From Macrostomum lignano (Eukaryota): a stretch of 64,000 nt of DNA. Position numbers and translations under genes: made by a program. This document shows positions 1 through 10,619 of the stretch, one piece after another. The stretch lies in the NCBI GenBank assembly GCA_002269645.1, contig NIVC01000944.1, positions 248,001-312,000 on the forward strand, written 5' to 3'. The notes under the pieces were generated by a model. It was not told the DNA's origin. It worked only from the letters and a program-made list of their open reading frames with translations, and made no database searches. How positions within the stretch are numbered: the first letter of the stretch is position 1; every line of letters begins with the position of its first letter.

Positions 1-828
1 CTCTGCCTCTCTGCCTCCCTGCCTCCCTGCCTCTCTGCCTCCCTGCCTCCCTGCCTCTCTGCCTCCCTGCCTCCCTGCCTCTCTGCCTCCTCTGCCTCCC
101 TGCCTCAGCCTCCCTGCCTCTCTGCCTCCCTGCCTCTGCCTCCCTGCCTCTCTGCCCTCTGCCTCCCTGCCTCTGCCTTCAGCCTCCCTGCCTCTCTGCC
201 TCCCTGCCTCCCTGCCTCCCTGCCTCTCTGCCTCTGCCTCCCTGCCTCCCTGCCTCCCTGCCCCTGCCTCCCTGCCTCTCTGCCTCCCTGCCTCTGCCTC
301 CCTGCCTCTCTGCCTCCCTGCCTCTGCCTTCAGCCTCCCTGCCTCTGCCTTCAGCCTCCCTGCCTCTGCCTTCAGCCTCCCTGCCTCTCTGCCTTCAGCC
401 TCCCTGCCTCTCTGCCTCCCTGCCTCTGCTTCCCTGCCTCTCTGCCTCCCTGCCTCTGCCTTCAGCCTCCCTGCCTCTGCCTTCAGCCTCCCTGCCTCTG
501 CCTTCAGCCTCCCTGCCTCTGCCTTCAGCCTCCCTGCCTCTGCCTTCAGCCTCCCTGCCTCTCTGCGTTCAGCCTCCCTGCCTCTCTGCCTTCAGCCTCC
601 CTGCCTCTCTGCCTTCAGCCTCCCTGCCTCTCTGCGTTCAGCCTCCCTGCCTCTCTGCCTTCAGCCTCCCTGCCTCTCTGCGTTCAGCCTCCCTGCCTCT
701 CTGCCTCCCTGCCTCTGCCTTCAGCCTCCCTGCCTCTGCCTTCAGCCTCCCTGCCTCTGCCTTCAGCCTCCCTGCCTCTGCCTTCAGCCTCCCTGCCTCT
801 GCCTTCAGCCTCCCTGCCTCTCTGCCTC
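1..828. repeat. Pyrimidine-rich minisatellite (CTGCCTC[C/T] grading into a 21-bp CTGCCTTCAGCCTCCCTGCCT unit), presumably intronic in the CFAP100-like gene
   Basis: Directly visible tandem array; the RLKAEAG-repeat ORF 638-862 is its translation. Confidence 0.95.
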
Positions 829-897
829 CAACACACTGTCTCCAACACACTGTCTCCTTCAAATATCAGTGTCTCCCTCTGTTACCTGAGCATCTTG

Positions 898-1065
898 ATC
901 TCACTGTCTCCCTCTAATCTCACTGTCTCCCTCTAATCTCACTGTCTCCCTCTAATCTCACTGTCTTCCTCTAATCTCACTGTCTCCCTCTAATCTCACT
1001 GTCTCCCTCTAATCTCACTGTCTCCCTCTAATCTCACTGTCTCCCTCTAATCTCACTGTCTCCCT
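898..1065. repeat. 19-bp tandem repeat CTCACTGTCTCCCTCTAAT
   Basis: About 9 near-perfect copies visible. Confidence 0.95.
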
Positions 1066-1219
1066 CGTCGATTTTCTTCCGTCTCTCCCTTTTGTATACT
1101 ACTACTCACAATGAACGATGCAGCACATAATTTTTACTGTAAAATTTGATAAAATTTAAAAGTGCATCAGAAAAACCAGTTGCAATGTCCCCGCCGGTCC
1201 GCAGCCCAGCCCAGCTCAC

Positions 1220-4200
1220 TTCAGCGAGGTGCCGGTCTTCTCCTTCTGCTGCGAGCTGCTGCCGGCCGCTCCCGCCGACTCCTTGATGGACACCCGGCCC
1301 GCCCTGCTGGCCTTGCTGGCCCGGCTCACGTCCGTCTTCTCCCGGTCCGCCGCCCCCGGAGCTGCCGAGGTTGCCGTGGCCGCCTTTGCCGCCGCCTTCG
1401 CCTCCTTGCGGGCGCGGCGCCGCTGGCGCTCCTCCTCGGGCATGAGCCGCTCCAGGAACTCCTTGTAGGCCAGGTACTCGCGCAGCTGCTCCTCGAACTT
1501 GGTGATCTCCGACTTCATCTGCGTGAGCTGGGCGTTCAGCCGTTTGATCTCGTTCACCTTCTGCAGCTTCGCCTTCGCCTCCTCATCAGCTCTGCGGGTT
1601 TGAAGTGGTTGGTCTGGGGGTGTTGCTCCGGATTGGGAAGGGTGTTGCTCCGGATTGGGAAGGGTGTTGCTCCGGATTGGGAAGGGTGTTGCTCCGGATT
1701 GGGAAGGGTGTTGCTCCGGATTGGGAAGGGTAGTGAAGGGTATTGCTATGGGTTCTAAGTGGGTATTGCTAGAAAAGTCTTTGTGTCTGAGGAAATTGCT
1801 TTGACTAATAGCTCGTATGCAGTATTAAGCAAATCCGAACGGAACTCCAATATTGGGGTGGCGAGTTTCACAGGCCGCTCACATGCGAATGGCCTCGGCA
1901 GAGTTCTTGTTGTTCTCCTTCAGGAACTCGTCGAACATGGACGCGTCCTCCTCCAGGTACTGCTCCGCCATCTCCAGCTTCTTCTCCTCGGCCGCTGCCA
2001 CCTCCTCGAGCTTCCGCATCTCGTCCCGTTTCACGCCGAGCGAGTAGGAGAGCAGGAACATCTCCCGCTTCTTGCCGATGTAGTCCGACAGGGCCTCGCT
2101 CTCGATCTGCCGGTCTGCGCTCGGGTGGAAGGGCTGGACTGGTGAGCCTCTGACAGCTGGGGTGAGCCTCTGACAGCTGGGGTGAGCCTCTGACAGCTGG
2201 GGTGAGCCTCTGACAGCTGAGGTGAACCTCTGACAGCTGGGGTGAACCTCTGACAGCTGGGGTGAGCCTCTGACAGCTGAGGTGAACCTCTGACAGCTGG
2301 GGTGAACCTCTGACAGCTGGGGTGAACCTCTGACAGCTGGGGTGAGCCTCTGACAGCTGAGGTGAACCTCTGACAGCTGGGGTGAACCTCTGACAGCTGA
2401 GGTGAACCTCTGACAGCTGGGGTGAACCTCTGACAGCTGGGGTGAACCTCTGACAGCTGGGGTGAGCCTCTGACAGCTGAGGTGAACCTCTGACAGCTGG
2501 GGTGAACCTCTGACAGCTGAGGTGAACCTCTGACAGCTGGGGTGAACCTCTGACAGCTGGGAGACAGGGGCAGTCGAGGTCACTGACAGCTGGGGTGAGC
2601 CTCTGACAGCTGGGGTGAGCCTCTGACAGCTGGGGTGAGCCTCTGACAGCTGGGGTGAGCCTCTGACAGCTGGGGTGAACCTCTGACAGCTGGGAGACAG
2701 GGGCGGTCGAGGTCACTGACAGCTGGGGTGAGCCTCTGATAGCTGGGGTGAGCCTCTGACAGCTGGGGTGAGCCTCTGACAGCTGAGGTGAGCCTCTGAC
2801 AGCTGGGGTGAACCTCTGACAGCTGGGAGACAGGGGCGGTCGAGGTCACTGACAGCTGGGGTGAGCCTCTGACAGCTGGGGTGAGCCTCTGACAGCTGGG
2901 GTGAGCCTCTGACAGCTGAGGTGAACCTCTGACAGCTGGGGTGAACCTCTGACAGCTGGGAGACAGGGGCGGTCGAGGTCACTGACAGCTGGGGTGAGCC
3001 TCTGACAGCTGGGGTGAGCCTCTGACAGCTGGGGTGAGCCTCTGACAGCTGAGGTGAACCTCTGACAGCTGGGGTGAACCTCTGACAGCTGGGGTGAGCC
3101 TCTGACAGCTGAGGTGAACCTCTGACAGCTGGGGTGAACCTCTGACAGCTGGGGTGAACCTCTGACAGCTGGGGTGAGCCTCTGACAGCTGGGAGACAGG
3201 GGCAGCTGGGGTGAGCCTCTGGCAGCTGAGGTGAGCCTCTGACAGCTGTGGTGAGCCTCTGACAGCTGGGGTGAGCCTCTGACAGCTGGGGTGAGCCTCT
3301 GGCAGCTGAGGTGAGCCTCTGACAGCTGTGGTGAGCCTCTGACAGCTGGGGTGAGCCTCTGACAGCTGGGGTGAGCCTCTGACAGCTTGGAGACAGGGTC
3401 AGCTGAGGTCATGGAAACTTGTCTTTAATTAAGCAAGTAAGAATGAGAGAATTTGCATATTTGTACAAGCAAATAAGTTTTGTACATGAAAGAACGAGAG
3501 AATAAAGAAATTTCATTCGCGTGTAGGTTAACAATGGGTGAATTGTGATGGTGAGTCGCATTGCACGTGACGGACATGACAACTAGCAATTGATGTGGCG
3601 TTAAATTACCAATTAATTTTATACGAGCATTTAGTCGCCAAGTTGACTGAGATTGCGCTTTTTCTAATTAACCTTTTTGACTTACACTTGTTCAGGACTA
3701 CGGGAACTGCAAACGGGAAATTAGCACCAGTTCAGGGGATCAAAACTTAAAAAATGTCTCGCAGCTTCACGAAAGACCACAGAGTTCAAAGCCGTAGCAG
3801 CCACCGCAGCGGACACTCACCCCTTGTCACGGCCATGGTGTGTGTCGGATCCTCAGCCGACACCAGCGACCTTTCACTGCCGTCGGGCCCCGCTTCCAGC
3901 AGAGCCGCCTGTCGGAAGGAGATCGAAGACTTCTTTGGCACCTTCTCGTGCACCCGGAGGCCTTTCTGGCGCTCGCGCTCCTGCTTCTTCCTGCGGCGCT
4001 CCTGGTCGCGCAGAGCGAAGATGTCGTTGTCGGCTGGCATGCGGAAGGGCCGGCTGGGCGCGTCCTCGGCCGCCGCCGCCGCCCCGCCGCCGCCCGGCCG
4101 CTGCTGCCGGCCGCTGCCCGCTTCTGAGCGCACAGAGGCGGGGAAGTTCACTCGGCTGCCGCCACCGCCGCCGCTGCCCTGCGACTGGCGGGAAGCCGTC

Positions 4201-4295
4201 CTGGCCGCGCCGCCTCGGCCACCCGACTTGGCCGCGTCGGAGATGCCGGAGGCGGCGTCGTCTGCCGGATTAGAGCGTTGAGATGCCGCCGACAT
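1220..4295 (-). CDS. CFAP100: Cilia- and flagella-associated protein 100 (CCDC37)-like, 5' part; exons 4295-3821, 2114-1883, 1591-1220; continues past the window start
   Basis: The spliced translation reads DRQIESEALSDYIGKKREMFLLSYSLGVKRDEMRKLEE...LEEDASMFDEFLKENNKNSAEAIRIADEEAKAKLQKVNEIKRL...KSEITKFEEQLREYLAYKEFL, matching the DUF4200/CFAP100 pattern as I recall it. GT/AG sites are phase-consistent (phases 1 and 2). Confidence 0.85.
1618..1732. repeat. 22-bp tandem repeat GGGTGTTGCTCCGGATTGGGAA (intronic)
   Basis: About 5 copies visible. Confidence 0.9.
2140..3400. repeat. 20-bp minisatellite CTCTGACAGCTGGGGTGA[A/G]C with a 133-bp higher-order unit (CFAP100 intron 1)
   Basis: About 60 copies; a GGGAGACAGGGGCGGTCGAGGTCA interruption recurs every 133 bp between 2560 and 2985. 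Confidence 0.95.
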
Positions 4296-4392
4296 GCCGC
4301 ATGGGGGGATGTGAAGCAGGGGATGTAAAACTCATGCCGTTGCATTATATAATGCACTCAATGGCATGTATTTTTTCTTCTGTATATATGCA

Positions 4393-4755
4393 TTTTTTTT
4401 TTAGAGGCAGGGGGGTTGTGTGCACCCTGGCGCACTTTAAGCGACATTGGCACACAACCGGCGAGAGGCATTGCTGCCCATTCCGCCGACTCCCCTGAGC
4501 AGGCATACAAGCGCGCGGATACGTACGCAGGCACACGCTCACACAGGAGTGTACAGCAGCCCTAACTTTATATTATCGTTAGGCATGTACACTTCACTGC
4601 GCCTTGGGGGGTTGGCTCTCAAGGCCGTTAATTGCACGAGCAGAGCCAAGCCGAGATTCCAATTCAGCCCCAAATTAATGTGACTGCACTTGGAATCGAG
4701 CCTGGGTCGCTGGCACACCAGAGCAGCTGCGCTACCGCTGGGCTACGGCCCCCCT
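4393..4755 (-). mobile_element. tRNA-derived SINE, copy 1
   Basis: On the - strand it starts GGGGGGCCGTAGCCCAGCGG (A box)...GGCTCGATTCC (B box) and ends in poly(A). 13-bp TSD TGTATATATGCAT at 4381-4393 and 4756-4768. Near-identical to 31723-32087. Confidence 0.9.
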
Positions 4756-7453
4756 TGTATATATGCATACTCATATGCACTAAATCTGACACTAATAAGT
4801 ATTGCCTAACTTTTTTATACTAGTATATCGATTATTTGTATCAAGCATAATTGCTGAGTAGCAACTAATTTAATATTTTACATTGAAACTGTATTAACAA
4901 ATCCTAAGTTATATCCTTATGATGGTAATGACCTGGCAACAACTGATAACATGTCTTGCCGGATATAAAACTCATGCCATTAACTGATCCGATAGTTAAA
5001 GTTAATTAATTAAGAATTAAGAATTAGTTATATTTGACAGCACCAAGACGGGAGACTTATTGAGGGCCTTTAAAATTTTTGATTCCATGAAAGTAGGTTA
5101 TTTCCATTTTTTGCCATTTTCTGTTTGTTTTTAACTGTTGGGAAGCAATGCGCTGACGCAACAAGAATATTAAATTCAGTTTTCTTTACCACAAATAAAG
5201 AAAATTTCTGTTTTTTTATTAAAATTGCATTGAATAGTTAAATTCCAATTCTTTAATACCAAAAATTCACAGTCAAAACATCGAACACATAGATCAAGAC
5301 GCATATATTTTAAAAAAAGCATTTTGCGACTCTTGTCACAGTAATAATGTTTTGATATCTGAAAATAGAGAATCGAAATGATCCAATAAAATTATGAATT
5401 CTAAACTAATGGTCTTGAAAGATGCTATCTAGACACTCATGCAAATCTACATGCAATATCAATATACTAAAAATGAGTTGTCTATATACTCATTTATATG
5501 TGATTGATCAGAAAAACGGCTCAACCGATATTCATGAGACTTTTTATGGCTGAAAGCAATAGCTAAAAATATGAAATATGTCATGGATATTCTCACTGTC
5601 ACTGTAAAAAATAAGTGTTTATCACTCGTTATTTTTTGAGTAGCTTAACTCTTCAAGTTATACGACAAGCTTTTTTCGATCGTATGCAATTGCAATGCAA
5701 AAAATCGTCACACACAAATTATCTGAATAAAATCGAAGAATTAAATTCATAGTATATTTGTACTTCTTAGCTACTTAAAGATCTGCATAATTCTTATCGT
5801 CTATACAACAACAGTAAATTCAACAGTTTTATTTCAATTTTCAAGATTTTTACGAAATATTTCAAATTTTCTTTAGAAAAGAATAATAAAATGTGTTTTA
5901 CTTGATTACTTTCCGGGCTATCGTTTAATAATTAAATGTTACGTGAATGTGTCTGAAGAATAAAAATAATTAAAATTATGAAAACTAACGAAAAGTAAAA
6001 CAGCAACATCCGATCCTAAAGCGTTTAAAAAATAATTAAAATTTTAGTCATGGTTAGCAAATTGCAAATGTAACTGAAAAAAACTAAGATGTTCGCCAAC
6101 TTTTTTAAAGCAAAAATTTATAATATTTTTTTCTGCATGTACATGTGCATGTAAAATAAGAAAATGAGGCTGATGCTGCACGAATCACAGAGAGATTCTA
6201 GCGAATTATTTTGAAGCTTACAGTTTGTAGCTTCCACCACCGGGAGCTTACAATATGGGATGGTGTCAGCATGGGGTAAAACACCAAAATTTATAAACGT
6301 GCTATGTAAATTTATGCAATGATTGCATCTGAATTTTTTCTGGTGATCAGGGAATTTATACTGTAATTTTAGTGTTCCAAGCGAGCAGACCTCGACTTAC
6401 ACTAAAAAATTAGGCGCTGAGTTAATGCAGAGAGTAAGATGATCCTGATCATTGCTATGCAGTGTACATTTTGCATGTATTTAAAATACGAGCATATAGG
6501 GGAAGCAAATCCTGGCGTAAAAGCTGCATGCATCTTCATTCATCTTCATCAATCCACGCTGTGACATCAGGGTGGTACCAGGCTTCCGGCTGCGACTCCT
6601 CAGCAAGCAGCGAAATCCTGTCGGACGCATGCACATGCAATTCGGAGTCTGGAATTTCCTCCATCATCCTCGCAAAATCCCCGGCTTCATTTTGTTGAAT
6701 CGATATCATGGCTTCGTCAGGCCATCCAAGCAGCAATTCTCGATGAGTAGCATTGGCTCCGCGGCTTCCGTCCTGAAGTTCTGGCGAGCAAATTGCAGTT
6801 TCCTGCCGGCGCTGTAGCGGCGAGAGGTTCTGGCCGGTGACAGCGGCTCTGCGTGTTTGAAGTTGTTTATCTGAGTTTCATATTTATTGACACTGTACAA
6901 CAGAGTTTTTAATAACTATAACAGATACAAATTCACATATGGCCAGCAGAGTGACAGCTAGAGCTGATCCACAATTCCGAACTTAGAAATAAACATTTTT
7001 TCCGGACTCGAACACTCTGGCAGGCAATATTGCATTTTGTGCGGGGGTGCAGGATGCTTATATGAAGATTAAATTGGCATGGCTTTGATCCGCGCTGCTT
7101 GGTGACAGCCGGCAGCTGCTGCTACACAATCCCCCGCGCGCATGCAAAAGTACAAGTGCAGCGTTGCTCAATGGAGCTGCCAGGCTCAGTCAGTCAATAT
7201 CAATTTGGCAGATTCGCACCAAACACTCGCAACTCCCTGAAGGCCTTCAGTTTTCTGACACTTAACTAAATTAACCCGATCGCTGCAAGCGTAGCAGCAG
7301 CATGCATGTGCATCTCTGTGTCCCGAGTTTGGCTCACCACGCTGCATCCTCTAAATGGATTTCTTTGACAGACTTGCTTTTTGTGATTTTTGCCCAACCG
7401 TGAAGCGGAGTTTTACCATAGACAGGCTTCAAGAGTTCAGGGGATTTGTTAAT

Positions 7454-10400
7454 TCAGTGCTGCATGAACCCCGCCGGTTCAAATTGTGCAGCAAAGATCG
7501 GCAACAGCAAAAATTCGCACCTGGTTGGCGACGGCGGCTGCTGCTGGCTGTGCCGCCGATGCGACCACTGCCGCACGCTGAGCAGGCCGTACAGCAGCGG
7601 GTTGGCGCAGGCCGAGGCCAGGATGAGCAGCAGGGAGGCGCTCTGCACAATCTGGATTGGCACCTGGCGCCGGCTGATGAGCTTGGCTGTCGGCAGCAGC
7701 AGCTGCAGGTCGTTGGCGATGTTAAAGAGCGCCAGCGGCAGCCAGGCCAGCGCGAAGATGCAGGCGATGGCGGCCAGGCGGCAGTTGCTGCGCCGGTTTC
7801 GCCGGCGTTCCAGCAGCAGGCGCTGCATCTGGTAGGCCGACGACTGCTGGCTGCTCTCGCGGCGGTAGCGCAGCTTCAGGCGCAGGCGGGTGTGGATGCG
7901 GCAGTAGGCGGCCACCACGGTGGCCAGAGGCAGCAGGTACTGCAGCAGCAGCGTGGCCAGGCTGAAGGCCAGCTTGGTGGCCCGGCCGGCCCGGCTGCTG
8001 ACCGCCTCGCCGCAGAGCAGCATCCGGCCGATTGGCTGCTGCGGCTGCTGCGGCTGCTGCATCATCAGAGCCTGGTTCTCGGCGACGCTGGCGAACCACA
8101 GCAGCGGGGAGGCGAGGCCGGCGGCCGCCAGCCAGATGGCCGGCACCGAGAGAGGCTGCAGTAGGGTGGAGCTGCCGGTGCTGCCGGAGCCCGACAGCCG
8201 GCGGTCGGGGCGGACGATGGTCTGCGGAGGTCAGCGCAGGGACTACTCAAACACCGGGACGGGAAACTAAAATTTTTTTACGAGGCTGGCTGGCAATTAT
8301 TTGCATTAGAGAGATGCTGTGTTACTTTGTTGTCTATGGTTATTTTCTACTGCTGATAAAAGACCAGCCTCGTAAAAAATTCCTAGTTTCCCGTCCCGGT
8401 GTTTGAGTAGTCCCTGGGTCAGCGTGGGCGAGTGGAGTTCAAAGGGAAGCGGCTGCGTTGAAGAAACGGAGCTCTGGAAATTAGTTGAAGGGTCAATTGT
8501 GTCAGATAGGGGGTCAGCAGTGTCAGATTGGGGTCAGCGGTGTCAAGAAAAGAATCTGCAGTGTCAGAAAGAGGTTAGCGGTGTCAGATAGAGGTCACCA
8601 TTGTCAAGACAGGGGTCAGCAGTGTCAGATAGGGGTCAGCAGTGTCAGATGGGTCAGCAGTGTCAGATTGGGGTCAGCGGTGTCACATAAGGCTCAGCAG
8701 TGTCAGGTAGTTTCAGTGTCAGGGCCAGAATATCCACCAGACCGAGTTTTTCTCGGATGCGAGAAGGCCGCAACATGAAGACATGAGGAAGCCCTGAAGT
8801 CCATGTTAGTCTGATGCGTAAAGATAGGCCTAGTAGATTTCTGGCGTGACCTAGTTCTGGAGAAATTCAATTTATCTAAATTGGCAAACTCGAAGTTTAT
8901 GCTGCGGTTTAAAGTAGCCATAAATTCCATAAATTCGTAATGCTAGACAGACTTTTTAATTGCCTGCTTTGCTGAAGAAAAATCCCAATTAAAAAGCCCG
9001 TCTGCAAGACTGACTACACATCTCCCAGGTTGCCCCGCAAACTGCTCGGCCTCGTGTTGCTTTTGCAACAATAAATTGCCGCCGTGCATCGCATTCAATG
9101 TGAAGCAGCGCCGCCCCCAATCAGAGGCCGCGCGGGTCAGCGAAAGCAATTCGGCTTTTACGGGCAAGCCGAGCGAGCAAAAGCAGAAGATCTTCAGCCA
9201 GGCTGAAAGCGAGGAAGCCGCCAGAAAACTGAGGAATCCGACGCATCCTATCTCCCCTCGGTCGCGCTTCTGTTTGATTTCCCACTCAGCCTCTCCGTCC
9301 GCAATGCCCCCCGGGTTAATCCCCTCCTACCGGCGGCCTCCCAGCGCTTATCAGGCGGCGGGATTTCTCTGCCAGAGGCGAGGGAAAAGGGGATTTTCCT
9401 GCCGGACTCGATCGAAGCCGATGGGGCGGCCCCGGCTGTCACACGGGGCTGATGGGATTGCGGAGGCAGGCAGATATTCGGGCTTAATAAAAACCGAATT
9501 TTTTATTGAGGCAGCAAAATCAATTCCCTCTGATGCCTGTTTTTGATAGAGTACGGCGTTTGTTTGCGAAGCATGACGGCGCGTTCGCTGCGCAGATTTC
9601 TCTGCAGAGCTGCCGACAGGCAATAAATCAGAGCAGCTCAGAGTGAGAAACCCGGTCAGTCATAAATGTCTTCACAGCAATAGAGCTATGTGCACCGAAC
9701 TCTGCCTGAACCTGTCCATCTGCTGCTCCACTCACCCTGAACCTGTCCATCTGCTGCTCCACTCACCCTGAACCTGTCCATCTGCTGCTCCACTCACCCT
9801 GAACCTGTCCATCTGCTGCTCCAATCACCCTGAACCTGTCCATCTGCTGCTCCACTCACCCTGAACCTGTCCATCGATCTGCTGCTCCACTCACCCTGAA
9901 CCTGTCCATCTGCTGCTCCAATCACCCTGAACCTGTCCATCGATCTGCTGCTCCACTCACCCTGAACCTGTCCATCTGCTGCTCCACTCACCCTGAACCT
10001 GTCCATCTGCTGCTCCACTCACCCTGAACCTGTCCAGCGCGATGGCAGTGATAGAGAAGGTGGACACGAACAGGTTAAGGCCAGTCAGCCAGTTCGCCAG
10101 CTTGCAGACGGCGGTGCCAAGCGGCCAGCTCACGTGATCCTGCAGCAGGCGCAGCGCATTCACAGGCTGGGTGACGGTGCACAGCACCAAGTCCGACAGG
10201 GCCAGGTTCAGCACGAACAGCTGGCGCCGCCGAGGGCACCGCTGCTGGCGACCTCGAATTCGAGGGCCACCACGACGGCAGGCCCGAATCACCACCAGGC
10301 CGTTGCCGATGGCGCCGAGCAAAGCCAGGAGGCCCGATGCGAACAGGAGGCCCACCAGCCAGGGCAGCTCCCGGACCAGCAGCTGCTCCCAGGAGGTGCG

Positions 10401-10619
10401 CAGCTCAACAAAAGCGCTCGTATAGTTGGTGTCGTTGCGGCACAGATAGTACAGGTACAGCGCGTCCATCGGGTGACTGCGTCGTTGTAGCAGCTGCGAT
10501 AGGCAGGGATCGGCCGTCTGGTTGATTCTGAGCATCTTGTCTGAGTTCTGGTGACACTCGTACGGCGATGAGGACTTGCGAAGTTGGTCAGGATTAACAT
10601 CGCCTATACATCCTCTCAT
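7454..10619 (-). CDS. Class A neuropeptide GPCR (NPY/RFamide/PrRP-like); exons 10619-10023 and 8221-7454
   Basis: Motifs GAIGNGLVV (TM1), LNLALSDLVLC (TM2), CKL...ALDRF|RTIVRP (TM3 DRY-like), AWLP (TM6), ANPLLYG (TM7). Phase-0 intron AGG|GTGAGT...CCGCAG|ACC. The start codon is uncertain. Confidence 0.88.
8237..8416. mobile_element. hAT-type MITE, 180 bp
   Basis: ~55-bp TIRs CAGGGACTACTCAAACACCGGGACGGGAAACTA.../...TAGTTTCCCGTCCCGGTGTTTGAGTAGTCCCTG; 8-bp TSD GGTCAGCG at 8229-8236 and 8417-8424. Confidence 0.9.
8495..8722. repeat. Degenerate ~20-bp repeat (GGGTCAGCAGTGTCAGATA)
   Basis: Repeated CAGC[A/G]GTGTCAGA cores. Confidence 0.75.
9706..10035 (-). repeat. 31-bp minisatellite containing the GPCR exon-1 end and splice donor
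   Basis: The unit on - is ATGGACAGGTTCAGG|GTGAGTGGAGCAGCAG; about 10 copies. Confidence 0.95.

Noticed and set aside
1868-3412. Long repeat-encoded ORFs (also at 16446-17156, 18560-19100, 20518-21234, 22197-23159, 23632-24474, 24919-25233, 33374-33931, 60867-61639)
   Set aside because: They are translations of stop-free minisatellites or microsatellites, mostly within introns of identified genes.
4680-4755. tRNA gene
   Set aside because: A and B boxes are present, but there is no clean cloverleaf, and it is the head of a poly(A)-tailed, TSD-flanked SINE present twice.
5457-5930. Possible non-autonomous Helitron (ATATACTAAAAATG...AAAAACGGCTCAACCGAT)
   Set aside because: Only a vague resemblance; no 3' hairpin plus CTAG end was found.
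6462-6900. GC-richer patch with short ORFs (64-81 aa)
   Set aside because: No recognisable domain and no convincing splice-phase pairing.
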